A DNA stretch of 24,675 nucleotides from an uncultured bacterium (GTDB lineage Bacteria; Schekmanbacteria; GWA2-38-11; J061). Under the pieces are notes generated by a model. The model was not told the DNA's origin. It did no database searches and saw nothing but the letters and a program-made list of their open reading frames with translations. The position numbers and the translations under genes were made by a program. The stretch covers positions 1 to 24,675 of the forward strand of contig CAZJVM010000021.1 of assembly GCA_964549305.1 (NCBI GenBank), given 5' to 3'. This document shows, piece after piece, positions 1-9,881 of the stretch; position 1 is the first letter of the stretch, and the number at the start of each line of letters is the position of its first letter.

Positions 1-269
1 TAACCTCGGCATTGGCGGCAGACCTTGCAAATATCGGCACAAACAGCTACAGCGGCTTTATGATTGATTTTGACATAGCTGACCCTGCTTTCCCATTTGA
101 TTCTTTTTTTGATGTAACTCCCGAAGTTACATACAATAATTACGACGGCGGCGGAAGCGAAGGGCCAAAACTGATAATAAACACAAATCCTGTACCGGAA
201 CCTACTTCACTGATATTAATCGGGACAGGGTTAATCGGAGTTTTCTTTTTAAAGCGTAAAAAGCAATAG
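1..269 (+). CDS. PEP-CTERM sorting-domain protein, 3' part (5'-truncated by window edge)
   Basis: Frame is open from position 3 with no upstream stop in view. It ends in VPEPTSLILIGTGLIGVFFLKRKKQ*: VPEP motif, hydrophobic TM segment and basic tail, the PEP-CTERM signature. Confidence 0.92.
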   Translation, partial: TSALAADLANIGTNSYSGFMIDFDIADPAFPFDSFFDVTPEVTYNNYDGGGSEGPKLIINTNPVPEPTSLILIGTGLIGVFFLKRKKQ

Positions 270-286
270 CCCTTAAGGCACCTCCT

Positions 287-333
287 AAAAAAAATGGTGT
301 CCGTCTTGATGAAAGGCGGATGCCATTTTTTTT
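287..333 (+). terminator. Intrinsic (rho-independent) terminator after the PEP-CTERM gene
   Basis: A8-TGGTGTCCGTCTT-(GATGA loop)-AAGGCGGATGCCA-T8: 13-bp stem with three G.U pairs on +, followed by 8 T, starting 18 nt after the stop codon. Confidence 0.85.
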
Positions 334-366
334 GAAATTGACGATATAGCAGGGATTTAATATGTA

Positions 367-396
367 TTGACTTTTTCAAGAATCACTCTTTAGAAT
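367..396 (+). promoter_or_regulatory. Putative sigma70 promoter for the TPR / sulfatase-TPR pair
   Basis: TTGACT (367-372), 18-nt spacer, TAGAAT (391-396), downstream of the terminator. Confidence 0.5.
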
Positions 397-404
397 ACCT
401 CATA

Positions 405-1292
405 ATGTTTTTCAATAAGATAACAATGAAATATTTCTGTGTTTGCTTTATTATTGCATCGTTTCTTTTCATAACTCCGCGTAAATCAGTAGCGTTTGTA
501 GAAAAAAACGGCTTTGCGAAAACCCCTTCCGGGGGACAATTTGTCTCTCAAAACAATTCATCAGATGTTATTTCGCAAATACTGAAAGAGATAAAAAAAC
601 AACCTTCAAATATTCCCTTAAGAGAGAAACTCGCCCTCTATTATCTGAGAGAAAACAACTTTGATTCTGCCATAAACGCTTTCAGGCAGATTATAAAGAT
701 CAAACCGACTTCCGCGGTCCACTATAATGCACTCGGTTCCGTATACGGATATAAGGGTGAAATGGACAACGCAATCGCAAATTATAAAAAAGCTATCAAG
801 CTCGATCCTGCTTTCCCTGAAGCGCATAAAAATCTCGGCAACGCATATCTTGGAAAAAAGGAATTTAAACCGGCAATCAAGGAATTTGAAAACGCTTTGA
901 AATTGAAACCCGACTATTATCAGGTAATGAATAATCTCGCCTCCCTTTACCTTATTCTGAATAAACTTGATTCTGCCCTTCAGGCAACGGAAAACACCCT
1001 TTCCATCGCTCCCGGTTTTTTGCCTGCCCAAAAAAACAAGGGGAAAATATATATAAGGAAGTATGACTATGAAAACGCTCTGAAAATTTTTGAAAAAATC
1101 GTAATGACGAACCCAACTGACGAAGAATCGGTTAAAATGCTCACAGGGATTTATCTAAGGACCGGAGATTATGTGAAAGCAGTTGAATACAGCAAAAAGT
1201 ATATTGAGTTGATTCCGTCAAACCCTGATAAGGCGGACTATATTTCCTTCATAAACTATTTTGAAAACAGAGAAGATGAATCGAAAGAATAA
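405..1292 (+). CDS. Exported tetratricopeptide-repeat (TPR) protein
   Basis: Hydrophobic N-terminal signal-like segment. Repeated TPR units, e.g. AVHYNALGSVYGYKGEMDNAIANYKKAIKLDP and EAHKNLGNAYLGKKEFKPAIKEFENALKLKP. The real start may be ATG 426. Confidence 0.88.
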   Translation: MFFNKITMKYFCVCFIIASFLFITPRKSVAFVEKNGFAKTPSGGQFVSQNNSSDVISQILKEIKKQPSNIPLREKLALYYLRENNFDSAINAFRQIIKIKPTSAVHYNALGSVYGYKGEMDNAIANYKKAIKLDPAFPEAHKNLGNAYLGKKEFKPAIKEFENALKLKPDYYQVMNNLASLYLILNKLDSALQATENTLSIAPGFLPAQKNKGKIYIRKYDYENALKIFEKIVMTNPTDEESVKMLTGIYLRTGDYVKAVEYSKKYIELIPSNPDKADYISFINYFENREDESKE

Positions 1293-3399
1293 AATACTAT
1301 TAGGGTTTTCACTTTTACTGTTCGCGGTTTTATCTGTTTCCTGCGACAAACTTCTTTCAATGCGAAAACCCCATAACCTCATAATAATAACTATGGACAC
1401 GACGAGGGCGGATTCCCTTGAATGTTATGGCAATAAAAAAGTTTTGACGCCCAATATCAACCGATTCGCCGAAAAAGGAATTCTTTTCACCAATGCCACC
1501 GCCTCGGCGCCTATTACCCTTCCAAGCCACTCATCGATAATGACGGGACTATATCCCATCAATCACGGCGCAAGGGATAACAGCATATATAAACTTTCAG
1601 ACGAAAATACGACTTTGGCGGAAGTTTTCAAAGAAAAGAATTTCAATACCGCAGGCATCGTCAGCACCTTTATTCTTGATTCACAATACAAGATTAATCA
1701 GGGATTTGATTTCTACAACGACAATTTTTTAAACCCCGAACAGAAAGGACGGCTTCCCGTACAGCGAAAGGGATTGGAAACCGCCACAGTCGCGGTGGAA
1801 TGGCTCAGGGACAACGCCCGGAAAAAACCTTTCTTTATGTGGGTACATTTTTATGACCCTCACGCGGACTACAATCCTCCCGAGCCCTATAAAACGGCTT
1901 ATTCGGACAACCCCTATTATGGTGAAATAGCATATACGGATATGTGTATCGGGATTATTCTCGATGAGCTGAAAAGGCAGAAAGTTTTTGATAACACACT
2001 TTTTATTCTAACGGCAGACCACGGGGAAAGTTTCGGAGAGCACGGAGAACAGACACACGGGTTTTTTATTTACGACAGCACTATTCACGTTCCGCTCATA
2101 ATCAGCAACAGCAGATTCTCAGTACAAAACAACAAAATTGATTCGCAGGTAAGTCTTGTTGATATCTTCCCGACGGCAATTGATTTGATGGGTTTAAAAT
2201 ACGGAAAAACTGTTGACGGGAAAAGCCTCGCTCCTTTTTTTGAAGGCAAAGACGCAGAGGAGCATCCTTCATACAGCGAAGCTGAAATCCCGAAATCCTT
2301 CTACTGGAATCCTCTTAAAGGAATCAGATTCGACGGCTGGAAGTACATATTCGGGAAAAACAGTGAGCTCTACAACATCAGTAAAGACCCCGGGGAAAAA
2401 GAAAATTTAATTGAAAAAGAAGATTCGAGAGCAAAGCAGATGTACAGAATGTTAGAGAAAGTAGTGTCGAACAAGCGGGTTTTCAGCGAAAAAAGCAATG
2501 TAAAACCTCTCGACGAGGAAACCATCAAAAAGCTCAAAACATTGGGATATTTTCACGAAGGCGGAACAAGCGGAAAAGAGGAAACGAACGAGGAACTTCC
2601 CGAAAATTTCCCGAGACCGGACCCCGCAGAGCAGATTAAGAGCTACAGAAAATATCAGCGGATTAACAATTTGATAGACAATGAAGAATATGATTCCGCC
2701 GAAAAGGGGCTCAAAGAAATTATAAGCGAAGACGAGGAAAATCCGCGTTTCCTTACAACACTCGCAAAACTTTATGAAACCACCGAAAGGATAGAAGAGG
2801 CAATTCCTCTTTATAAAAAAGCGTCCGATTACGACCCTGAAAACGGCCGATATTACTTTCTCATAGGAAACCTTTATAACAGAATAAACAAACCTGACGA
2901 CGCGGCAACATTCTACAAAAAAACCCTTCAGTTTAACGAAAGGCATTTTCTCGCCCACTACAACTTAGGAAGATACTACACTTTGAAAGGCAAATACGAA
3001 AAAGCGATACTCGAATATGAAACCGCTCTTAAACTAAGACCCGGGCACGCTTTCTCCTTGAACAATCTCGCTTTTATCTACTCGGAGAAATTGAAGGATA
3101 AGGGAAAAGGGCTTGAATATCTTAAAGAAGCAGTAAAAGCTGAACCTAACACCGCCTTCATAAGAAAAAATTACGCAGGCGCGCTTCTTGACTCGGGAGA
3201 CAGAGACAAGGCGGAAAAGCAGTTTCTCGAAGCCATTCGCCTTGAACCTGAAAATCCGGAATACTGTATTGAATTAGGCGACCTCTACCGGGACAAAGGC
3301 GATTTAAAAAAAGCTACGGAAATGTGGAAAAGAGCGCTCGGGATAAAACCGGATTACACTCAGGCAATAAGAAGATTAAAAAACAAGCCCCGAGGATAA
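1276..3399 (+). CDS. Sulfatase-like (alkaline phosphatase superfamily) hydrolase/transferase fused to C-terminal TPRs; predicted lipoprotein
   Basis: From ATG 1276: MNRKNKILLGFSLLLFAVLSVSC (lipobox-like). Motifs ITMDTTRAD, ITLPSHSSIMTG, HFYDPH, TADHGE and LKTLGY, followed by several TPRs. The ORF track start (TTG 1261) is probably too far upstream. Confidence 0.88.
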   Translation: MNRKNKILLGFSLLLFAVLSVSCDKLLSMRKPHNLIIITMDTTRADSLECYGNKKVLTPNINRFAEKGILFTNATASAPITLPSHSSIMTGLYPINHGARDNSIYKLSDENTTLAEVFKEKNFNTAGIVSTFILDSQYKINQGFDFYNDNFLNPEQKGRLPVQRKGLETATVAVEWLRDNARKKPFFMWVHFYDPHADYNPPEPYKTAYSDNPYYGEIAYTDMCIGIILDELKRQKVFDNTLFILTADHGESFGEHGEQTHGFFIYDSTIHVPLIISNSRFSVQNNKIDSQVSLVDIFPTAIDLMGLKYGKTVDGKSLAPFFEGKDAEEHPSYSEAEIPKSFYWNPLKGIRFDGWKYIFGKNSELYNISKDPGEKENLIEKEDSRAKQMYRMLEKVVSNKRVFSEKSNVKPLDEETIKKLKTLGYFHEGGTSGKEETNEELPENFPRPDPAEQIKSYRKYQRINNLIDNEEYDSAEKGLKEIISEDEENPRFLTTLAKLYETTERIEEAIPLYKKASDYDPENGRYYFLIGNLYNRINKPDDAATFYKKTLQFNERHFLAHYNLGRYYTLKGKYEKAILEYETALKLRPGHAFSLNNLAFIYSEKLKDKGKGLEYLKEAVKAEPNTAFIRKNYAGALLDSGDRDKAEKQFLEAIRLEPENPEYCIELGDLYRDKGDLKKATEMWKRALGIKPDYTQAIRRLKNKPRG

Positions 3400-3403
3400 C
3401 AAA

Positions 3404-4000
3404 TCAGGAGCGTATTATACCGTAAACTTTTTCCACCTGCGCCCGTAACTCTTCAAAAGTTGTATTATTATCGATTACAAAATCCGCCCGCTTTGCCTTC
3501 TCTTCAACGGGAATTTGGGAGCTTATCCTGTTTTCGGCATCCTCTTTCGCCATTGCCCTGTTTTCCACAAGCCGTTTCAACTGAACTTCTCTCGCCGATG
3601 CTACGACAATTACTTTTTCCACAGTCTTGTCAAGACCGGTCTCATAAAGAAGAGGTGCATCGAGAATTATAATTTCGTCGGGATGAGCTTTTTCAATCTC
3701 CGCCTTTTTCTCTTTTATCTTTTTTATTATTTGGGGATGGGTGAGAAGATTGAGTTTGCTTAAAAGTCTCTTGTCGGAGAAAACCATTTTTCCGAGTTTC
3801 TCTCTGTCAAGACTTCCGTCTTCATTTAGAATTTCTGCTCCAAAAGTTTTTACCACTATTTGAAGCAGAGCGCTTCCGGTAGAAAGCAAATTTCTCGATA
3901 TTTCATCAGCATCGATAATATGCGCGCCGAGTTCGGAAAACATTTTTGACGCAACAGACTTACCCGTACATATTCCTCCCGTAAGTCCGTAAAAGTGCAT
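3404..4000 (-). CDS. coaE: Dephospho-CoA kinase
   Basis: YGLTGGICTGKS P-loop, IIDADEI, LDREKLG, THPQI, DAPLLYE, ADFVIDN. ATG 4000 with GGAGG at 4017-4013; the ORF track extends to TTG 4009. Confidence 0.95.
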   Translation of the reverse strand: MHFYGLTGGICTGKSVASKMFSELGAHIIDADEISRNLLSTGSALLQIVVKTFGAEILNEDGSLDREKLGKMVFSDKRLLSKLNLLTHPQIIKKIKEKKAEIEKAHPDEIIILDAPLLYETGLDKTVEKVIVVASAREVQLKRLVENRAMAKEDAENRISSQIPVEEKAKRADFVIDNNTTFEELRAQVEKVYGIIRS

Positions 4001-4005
4001 ATATA

Positions 4006-4392
4006 TCAACTTCCTCCATAGGTTTTGTCGGGGTCGAACATCTTTTCACCGACTTCTTCCACACTCCCCGTAGAAGGGTCTATCTTCCTGTAAAAACAGG
4101 TTCTGTAACCGGTGTGGCACGCGGCCACATTCTGCCTGACCTTTATGAGAATTGCATCGGCATCGCAGTCGAAGTATATCTCCCTGACCTCCTGTGTATG
4201 TCCCGATGATTCCCCCTTCATCCAATACTTTTGTCGCGACCTGCTCCAAAAATGAGTTTTCCCCGTTTCCATGGTTTCCCTGAGCGAATCTTCATTCATA
4301 TAAGCGACCATCAAAACATCGTTGTTCTCCGCATCCTGAATGATTGCCGGAATAAGTCCCTTGTCGTCATATTTTAATTCTGTTAAATCCAT
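4006..4392 (-). CDS. hisI: Phosphoribosyl-AMP cyclohydrolase (stand-alone, no HisE domain)
   Basis: GLIPAIIQD, FWSRSRQ, WMKGESSGH, DCDAD, ACHTGYRTCF; his operon context. Confidence 0.96.
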   Translation of the reverse strand: MDLTELKYDDKGLIPAIIQDAENNDVLMVAYMNEDSLRETMETGKTHFWSRSRQKYWMKGESSGHTQEVREIYFDCDADAILIKVRQNVAACHTGYRTCFYRKIDPSTGSVEEVGEKMFDPDKTYGGS

Positions 4393-4394
4393 CT

Positions 4395-5159
4395 TTAAAC
4401 CCTCGCATTAACACCTTTTGATTTTAAATACTCCTTTACCTCCCGCACCGTATATTCCCCGTAATGAAATATCGATGCGGCAAGGGCGGCGCTCGCCCCC
4501 CCCGCGGTCAATCCTTCGTAAATATGCTCAAGCGTTCCCACGCCTCCCGATGCCACAACGGGAATATTTGTGGAATCAACTATTTTTCTTGTAAGCTTCG
4601 TATCAAATCCTTCCTTTGTACCGTCTCTGTCCATACTTGTCAGGAGAATCTCTCCGGCACCCAACTCTTCCGCCTTTTGCGCCCATTCCACTGCATCGAC
4701 TCCCGTGGGAGTCCTCCCGCCGTGAATATACACTTCCCATTTATCTTCGTCGCCGCTTTTCCTCTTTGCGTCAATTGCAACGACTATGCACTGCGAACCG
4801 AAACGCAGAGCCGATTCTTTCACTATTTCCGGTTTGTTGACGGCAGTAGTGTTAATGGACACCTTGTCCGCGCCCGCTTTAAGAAGGTCGCGGATGTCAT
4901 CTACATTTTTTATTCCTCCTCCTACGGTCAGGGGCATAAAAACCTCGCTCGCGGTTTTTCTCACCACATCTATCATTATGGGGCGCTTTTCGTGAGATGC
5001 CGTAATATCGAGAAACGTAAGCTCATCTGCGCCCTGCCTGTCATAAACCTTCGCCTGCTCAACGGGATCTCCTGCATCGCGTATGTCAACGAATTTTATC
5101 CCCTTAACCACTCTGCCTTCGCGCACGTCCAGGCAGGGAATTATTCTTTTAGCTAACAA
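4395..5159 (-). CDS. hisF: Imidazole glycerol phosphate synthase cyclase subunit
   Basis: [48 protein letters not shown]. Confidence 0.98.
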   Translation of the reverse strand: MLAKRIIPCLDVREGRVVKGIKFVDIRDAGDPVEQAKVYDRQGADELTFLDITASHEKRPIMIDVVRKTASEVFMPLTVGGGIKNVDDIRDLLKAGADKVSINTTAVNKPEIVKESALRFGSQCIVVAIDAKRKSGDEDKWEVYIHGGRTPTGVDAVEWAQKAEELGAGEILLTSMDRDGTKEGFDTKLTRKIVDSTNIPVVASGGVGTLEHIYEGLTAGGASAALAASIFHYGEYTVREVKEYLKSKGVNARV

Positions 5160-5883
5160 TTCCTATTGCCTCCTTCAAATCAACGTTGCCCTCATAGATT
5201 GCCTTTCCCACAATGACTCCTTCGAGGGCACCGTTGTCAAGAATATTCAGCTTTACTATATCCTCAATGGAGGAAACTCCTCCCGATGCCACAACAGGCA
5301 CCGATGTAGCATCGAGAATACTTTTCATGAAGTCCACATTCGGTCCCGTAAGCATTCCGTCTCTCGAAATATCCGTACATATGAACGCGCGGGGATTATA
5401 CTTTTCCATCTCTGCCACAAAATCATCAACATCCATTTCGCTGCTTTCTTCCCATCCCTGAAGGGCGACTTTTCCGCGGGACGCATCTATTCCAACCACG
5501 ATTCTTCCGGGAAAATCATCGCACAATCTTTTGAGCATATCCCTGTCTCTGTATGCCGCAGTGCCGAGAATCACTCTTTCCACTCCCATATCAAGATACT
5601 GCTTTGCCATTTCGTAACTTCTTATTCCTCCGCCCACTTCAAGGGCAACACCGGCACTGTCGACAAGTTTTCCAATGCTGTCAATGGAGCAGGGTTTTCC
5701 CGTCCTTGCCCCGTCAAGGTCAACAATGTGAATCAATCCTGCGCCCGCATCGCGAAAGGACAAGGCAACGTCAAGAGGACTTGCGGAATAAACTTTTTCC
5801 CGGGAAAAATCCCCCTGGGAAAGGCGAACGCATTTATCGTTTCTAAGGTCTATGGCGGGAATTATCAGCATTTTTTTATCCAC
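5149..5883 (-). CDS. hisA: ProFAR isomerase
   Basis: [50 protein letters not shown]. Start may be ATG 5871. Confidence 0.97.
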   Translation of the reverse strand: MDKKMLIIPAIDLRNDKCVRLSQGDFSREKVYSASPLDVALSFRDAGAGLIHIVDLDGARTGKPCSIDSIGKLVDSAGVALEVGGGIRSYEMAKQYLDMGVERVILGTAAYRDRDMLKRLCDDFPGRIVVGIDASRGKVALQGWEESSEMDVDDFVAEMEKYNPRAFICTDISRDGMLTGPNVDFMKSILDATSVPVVASGGVSSIEDIVKLNILDNGALEGVIVGKAIYEGNVDLKEAIGIVS

Positions 5884-6503
5884 TTTCCGAAATTTTCGAG
5901 AACCTTCAATCCTGCCTTCTGGCTTTTTTCAGGGTGAAACTGAGTTGCCACCACATTATCCTTCCACACGCTCGATACGAATTCGATTCCGTAATCAGTA
6001 ACCGATGACACAAGGTCGGCATCCTCGGGTTTAACATAATAGGAGTGAACGAAGTAGAAAAACTCATTCTCTTTAATACCTTTGAAAAGAGGAGAATGTT
6101 CCCGAATTTGAATCTGATTCCATCCCATATGAGGCACCCTCAGAATTTCTCCCGTGGCATCGTCCTTCATTCCCTTTTCAAATTCCACGACTCTTCCGCT
6201 CATGAGTCCTAATCCTTCCGTAAGCCCGAATTCCTCACTTGTGGAAAGGAGCACCTGCAATCCGAGACAAATGCCGAGAAAAGGCTTCCCCGCCTTTATG
6301 AAAGATTTAACGGAATCTTCAAGTTCGAGCCGTCTGAGGTTGTCCATACAATCCCTGAAAGCTCCTACGCCGGGAAGCACCACGGCATCTGCACTTTTCA
6401 CGAATGCTGAATCGCTTGTAAGAGAGGCATCAAGCCCTACCGATTCAAGGGCTTTTTGGACAGAGCGAAGGTTTCCCATACCATAATCAACAACGGCTAT
6501 CAT
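5865..6503 (-). CDS. hisH: Imidazole glycerol phosphate synthase glutamine amidotransferase subunit
   Basis: VDYGMGNLRSV, LPGVGAF, GICLGLQ (catalytic Cys), VPHMGWN, YFVHSY, QFHPEKS. Confidence 0.98.
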   Translation of the reverse strand: MIAVVDYGMGNLRSVQKALESVGLDASLTSDSAFVKSADAVVLPGVGAFRDCMDNLRRLELEDSVKSFIKAGKPFLGICLGLQVLLSTSEEFGLTEGLGLMSGRVVEFEKGMKDDATGEILRVPHMGWNQIQIREHSPLFKGIKENEFFYFVHSYYVKPEDADLVSSVTDYGIEFVSSVWKDNVVATQFHPEKSQKAGLKVLENFGKWIKKC

Positions 6504-7099
6504 AAATCGAGCACACCTTTTGTTGACGGAACGGTTTTAAATGAGCCCGAAACACTGCAGGCTCTCCTGAGAGCAACTGCAAGGGCCTTGAATACGGCTT
6601 CACAGATGTGATGCTGGTTGCCTCCGTAAAGAAGGGAAACGTGCAGGGTAATCGCGGAGTGAATCGAGAACGCGCGCATAAATTCTTTTATGAGGGAATA
6701 GTCAAAACCCTCAAAACGCTTCTTTGGCATCTTTACATCATAGAAAAGATAGGGTCTTCCGCTGATATCAAGCGCCACGCGCACCAAAGACTCATCCATG
6801 GGAACAAACGCTTCACCGTAGCGCTCTATTCCCTTTCTGTTTCCGAGAGCTTTTCTGAATGCCTGACCAAGAACTATTCCCAAATCTTCAACAGTGTGGT
6901 GACAGTCAACTTCAGTATCGCCTCTGCCTTTTATATTAAGTGAAAAACCGCCGTGTTTCGCGAAAAGCTCAAGCATATGATTCATAAAGGGAATTCCGCA
7001 GTCGATTTTCACTGTTTTCCCACTGCCGATTCTAAGTTTCACGTTTATATCCGTCTCGGCGCTCTTTCTTTTTACTCCCGCTTTTCTCTCTGCGCACAT
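6500..7099 (-). CDS. hisB: Imidazoleglycerol-phosphate dehydratase
   Basis: ETDI, FMNHML, DCHHTVED, PMDESL, NQHHICEAVFKA, PSTKGVL; monofunctional length. Confidence 0.97.
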   Translation of the reverse strand: MCAERKAGVKRKSAETDINVKLRIGSGKTVKIDCGIPFMNHMLELFAKHGGFSLNIKGRGDTEVDCHHTVEDLGIVLGQAFRKALGNRKGIERYGEAFVPMDESLVRVALDISGRPYLFYDVKMPKKRFEGFDYSLIKEFMRAFSIHSAITLHVSLLYGGNQHHICEAVFKALAVALRRACSVSGSFKTVPSTKGVLDL

Positions 7100-7199
7100 T
7101 TCAAAAATCCCGTTAAATTTTTTATCTTTTTAAAATATCACAATTTTAAACTAATTGCGAAAAAATATAACTATCGGTTCAAAACAACTTGAAAACTCC

Positions 7200-7228
7200 T
7201 TGCCATAAAGCTATTCATAAAATAGAAT
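7200..7228 (+). promoter_or_regulatory. Putative sigma70 promoter for the sensor kinase
   Basis: TTGCCA (7200-7205), 17-nt spacer, TAGAAT (7223-7228), in the AT-rich divergent intergenic region. Confidence 0.5.
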
Positions 7229-7280
7229 CTAAACTCAAGTCAAACAATTATTAAGTGAATTCGCTTTAGAAATTAAAAAA

Positions 7281-9881
7281 ATGACAAAAGATCTTAAAGG
7301 TTTTTTCATTAAAAGAGCTGTATTCCATATTATTTCCATATTACTGATAATAGTTTTTTTCCTCTATATCGTAGGACAGATTTACAGTATAAATATGGAG
7401 CAGTTGAAAAAGGAATATCTGAACCGTCAACTCCTCATAACCTCACAGTCCGCGGACCAGATAACCACTTATTTTGAAAACCTTAGCAAGGAGTTCAGTC
7501 TCATACACACTATCGTGGAAATGAGGCGAATGGTGGAGAGAAAAGACGATAAGCTGTTGAATTCCGTTTCATACCTCGAGGAGGTTTCAAGAAGCGAGAT
7601 AGACCTTTATTTCGCTTCAGACGACAGGGGAAAAATTGTATGGAAATCAGATGACGCGTCCTCTTTCAATCCGCAAATCACGCAAAAAATTTTAGAAGAT
7701 ATCAAGTCCCATAATAAAAGGAATTTTTACCTTTTCAAGGGCATGTACGATAACGGCGACCATATATTTTTTCTGAAACCTTTTTTTGACAATCCCAAAG
7801 AAAAGGGAAAGCTTACCAGAATAGCAGGTGCCGTAATTGACCTCACAATGCTCTTTGAAAGATTTGTAAAGCCAATAATGTCGGAAGATGAACTGTCCGC
7901 GTGGGTTATATCATCTCAGGGAGAAATACTTTATCTTCCGCGCCATATAAAAATGCTCAACAAAAGTATTTTTGATACTGATGACAAATGCTTTAAGTGC
8001 CACAAGAATTTCTCAACGGAAAAAAATATTCTTCAAAGCCCGCAGTTTAAAGGCTCATACCGTCTTAAAAGGCGCTCCATGCTCGTCTCTTCTTCAACAT
8101 CCGAACTTCCCGGGTTGTCTTTCAAGGTAGTGATAAGCACTCCTCTCGCAACAGTGGCAAACAGGGCGCGTCTGAGTTATCTCTATATGATCATACTCTC
8201 CGTATCGGTAATTCTGGCGCTTTTACTGTTAGGCGGTTATACGCTAAGGGTAAATCGTAAACGCGCAAATGCCCTTCGGGAAAAGCTTCAGGACCAGGAG
8301 GAAATTCTTTATCTCAAAGATTTCAACGAAAACATCATACGAAACCTTCCCGTGGGAATAGTGGTCATAGATAAAGAGCGCAAAGTGCAGACCGTCAATG
8401 ACGAAATCATAAGGCAGGGAGAAAAAACGGGACTAAACTGGGATTCAGGACAGATTGGAAAGGATGTGGCGGAAAGAATGCCCGAAAATATAAGGGAGTC
8501 CGCAATTGAAAACTACAACAATGTTCTCAGGAAGGGTAACAACTACCTTAACCCGATGATAACCTTCAGAGGCACAAAAGGAAAGCTTCTTGCGTCGGTC
8601 AGGATAAGCCCTCTGAAAGACGCAAAGAATAACATTTCGGGCGCAATCATTATGCGCGAAGATATTACCGAGCAAAAAAGGCTCGAAGCGGAAATAAAGG
8701 AGACAAAAGACTACCTCGAAAAAGTCTTCGAGGCATCAGTTGACGGCATCATAGTTACCGACGACAAGGGATATATAAGGATGGCAAACGATGCTGTATG
8801 CAATATGCTCGGTTACAGCAAAGAAGAACTTATGGGAAAGTACACTACGGAACTTTCCACGCAGGAGTCTGAGCATATTCAGGACCAGCTCGATATTCTC
8901 GAAACATTGAGAAAGGAGGGAAAAAGCGCCCCCACAGAAGTTACATACAGAAAAAAGGACGGCACATTCATTTCACTGGAACAGAGTACGGCATTCGTTT
9001 ATGACGACAGAGGAAACCTTGCAGGTGCCGTTGCGGGAATGAGAGACCTTACGGAAAGAAAGAAAGCCGAAGAAAGGCAGAAAGAGCTTCAGCAGCAGCT
9101 TATTCATTCTGAAAAACTTGCCTCTATCGGAAGACTTGCCGGCGGCATAGCTCACGAAATAAACAACCCTCTGAGCGGTGTTATAACAAACCTCGGAATG
9201 ATTAAGGAAATAGTAGTTCCCGACCCCGGCGTTATACTCAATGAATGCAACCGTGTAAACGCAAACGCCGAATGCACGAAAAAAATGGCAGAATTTTACG
9301 AGAACTATCTCAAACTCGAAAAGAAAAGGCAGAGACTTCTCGAAACGGTATTTAAAGGCGGAGACAGGTGCAAAAGAATAGTTCAGGACCTTCTTGTCTT
9401 TGCAAGGCCGTCTTCAAAAAAGGTAAGCGAAGCGGTTAATCTCAACACCTGCATTGAGGAAAGTCTCGATATAATCCACAATCAGCTGATTTTAAGCAAT
9501 ATTTCAGTAAATAAAAAACTGAGCGAAGGGCTTAAGCCGGTAATGGGTATTAAAAAGGAGTTTGATCAGATATTTTTAAATTTTTTTATCAATGCCTTTC
9601 ACGCAATGAAATCCGATGGCGGTGAATTGAACATCGAAAGCGCAAATGACAACGGGAATGTTGTGGTAAAGGTATCGGATACGGGATGTGGGATTCCCGA
9701 GGAAATTATTGACAAAATATTCGACCCCTTTTTCACCACAAAGGATGTGGGAAGCGGAACCGGATTGGGTCTTTCCATTGTTTATGAAATAATCCAGAAT
9801 CATAAAGGCGCAATCGACGTAAAGAGCAAGGTAAACGAAGGAACTACATTTACGCTCACCTTTCCCGTTGCAGAGCAGTAG
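7281..9881 (+). CDS. Membrane sensor histidine kinase (periplasmic domain with CXXCH, two PAS domains, HisKA, HATPase_c)
   Basis: Two TM segments (~aa 13-35 and ~300-322) with CFKCH between them. PAS/PAC-like segments end in REDITEQK and RDLTERK. H-box [13 protein letters not shown]-box [32 protein letters not shown]. Confidence 0.95.
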   Translation: MTKDLKGFFIKRAVFHIISILLIIVFFLYIVGQIYSINMEQLKKEYLNRQLLITSQSADQITTYFENLSKEFSLIHTIVEMRRMVERKDDKLLNSVSYLEEVSRSEIDLYFASDDRGKIVWKSDDASSFNPQITQKILEDIKSHNKRNFYLFKGMYDNGDHIFFLKPFFDNPKEKGKLTRIAGAVIDLTMLFERFVKPIMSEDELSAWVISSQGEILYLPRHIKMLNKSIFDTDDKCFKCHKNFSTEKNILQSPQFKGSYRLKRRSMLVSSSTSELPGLSFKVVISTPLATVANRARLSYLYMIILSVSVILALLLLGGYTLRVNRKRANALREKLQDQEEILYLKDFNENIIRNLPVGIVVIDKERKVQTVNDEIIRQGEKTGLNWDSGQIGKDVAERMPENIRESAIENYNNVLRKGNNYLNPMITFRGTKGKLLASVRISPLKDAKNNISGAIIMREDITEQKRLEAEIKETKDYLEKVFEASVDGIIVTDDKGYIRMANDAVCNMLGYSKEELMGKYTTELSTQESEHIQDQLDILETLRKEGKSAPTEVTYRKKDGTFISLEQSTAFVYDDRGNLAGAVAGMRDLTERKKAEERQKELQQQLIHSEKLASIGRLAGGIAHEINNPLSGVITNLGMIKEIVVPDPGVILNECNRVNANAECTKKMAEFYENYLKLEKKRQRLLETVFKGGDRCKRIVQDLLVFARPSSKKVSEAVNLNTCIEESLDIIHNQLILSNISVNKKLSEGLKPVMGIKKEFDQIFLNFFINAFHAMKSDGGELNIESANDNGNVVVKVSDTGCGIPEEIIDKIFDPFFTTKDVGSGTGLGLSIVYEIIQNHKGAIDVKSKVNEGTTFTLTFPVAEQ

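Noticed and set aside
140-379. 79-aa minus-strand ORF
   Set aside because: Runs through the terminator hairpin and antisense to the PEP-CTERM gene; no motif.
4464-5937. Long plus-strand ORFs 4464-5156 (230 aa) and 5083-5937 (284 aa)
   Set aside because: Antisense shadows of hisF and hisA, with no recognisable motifs or RBS.
7100-7280. Possible his attenuator or leader peptide upstream of hisB
   Set aside because: No His-codon run and no GC-rich terminator/antiterminator hairpin; the region is simply AT-rich.
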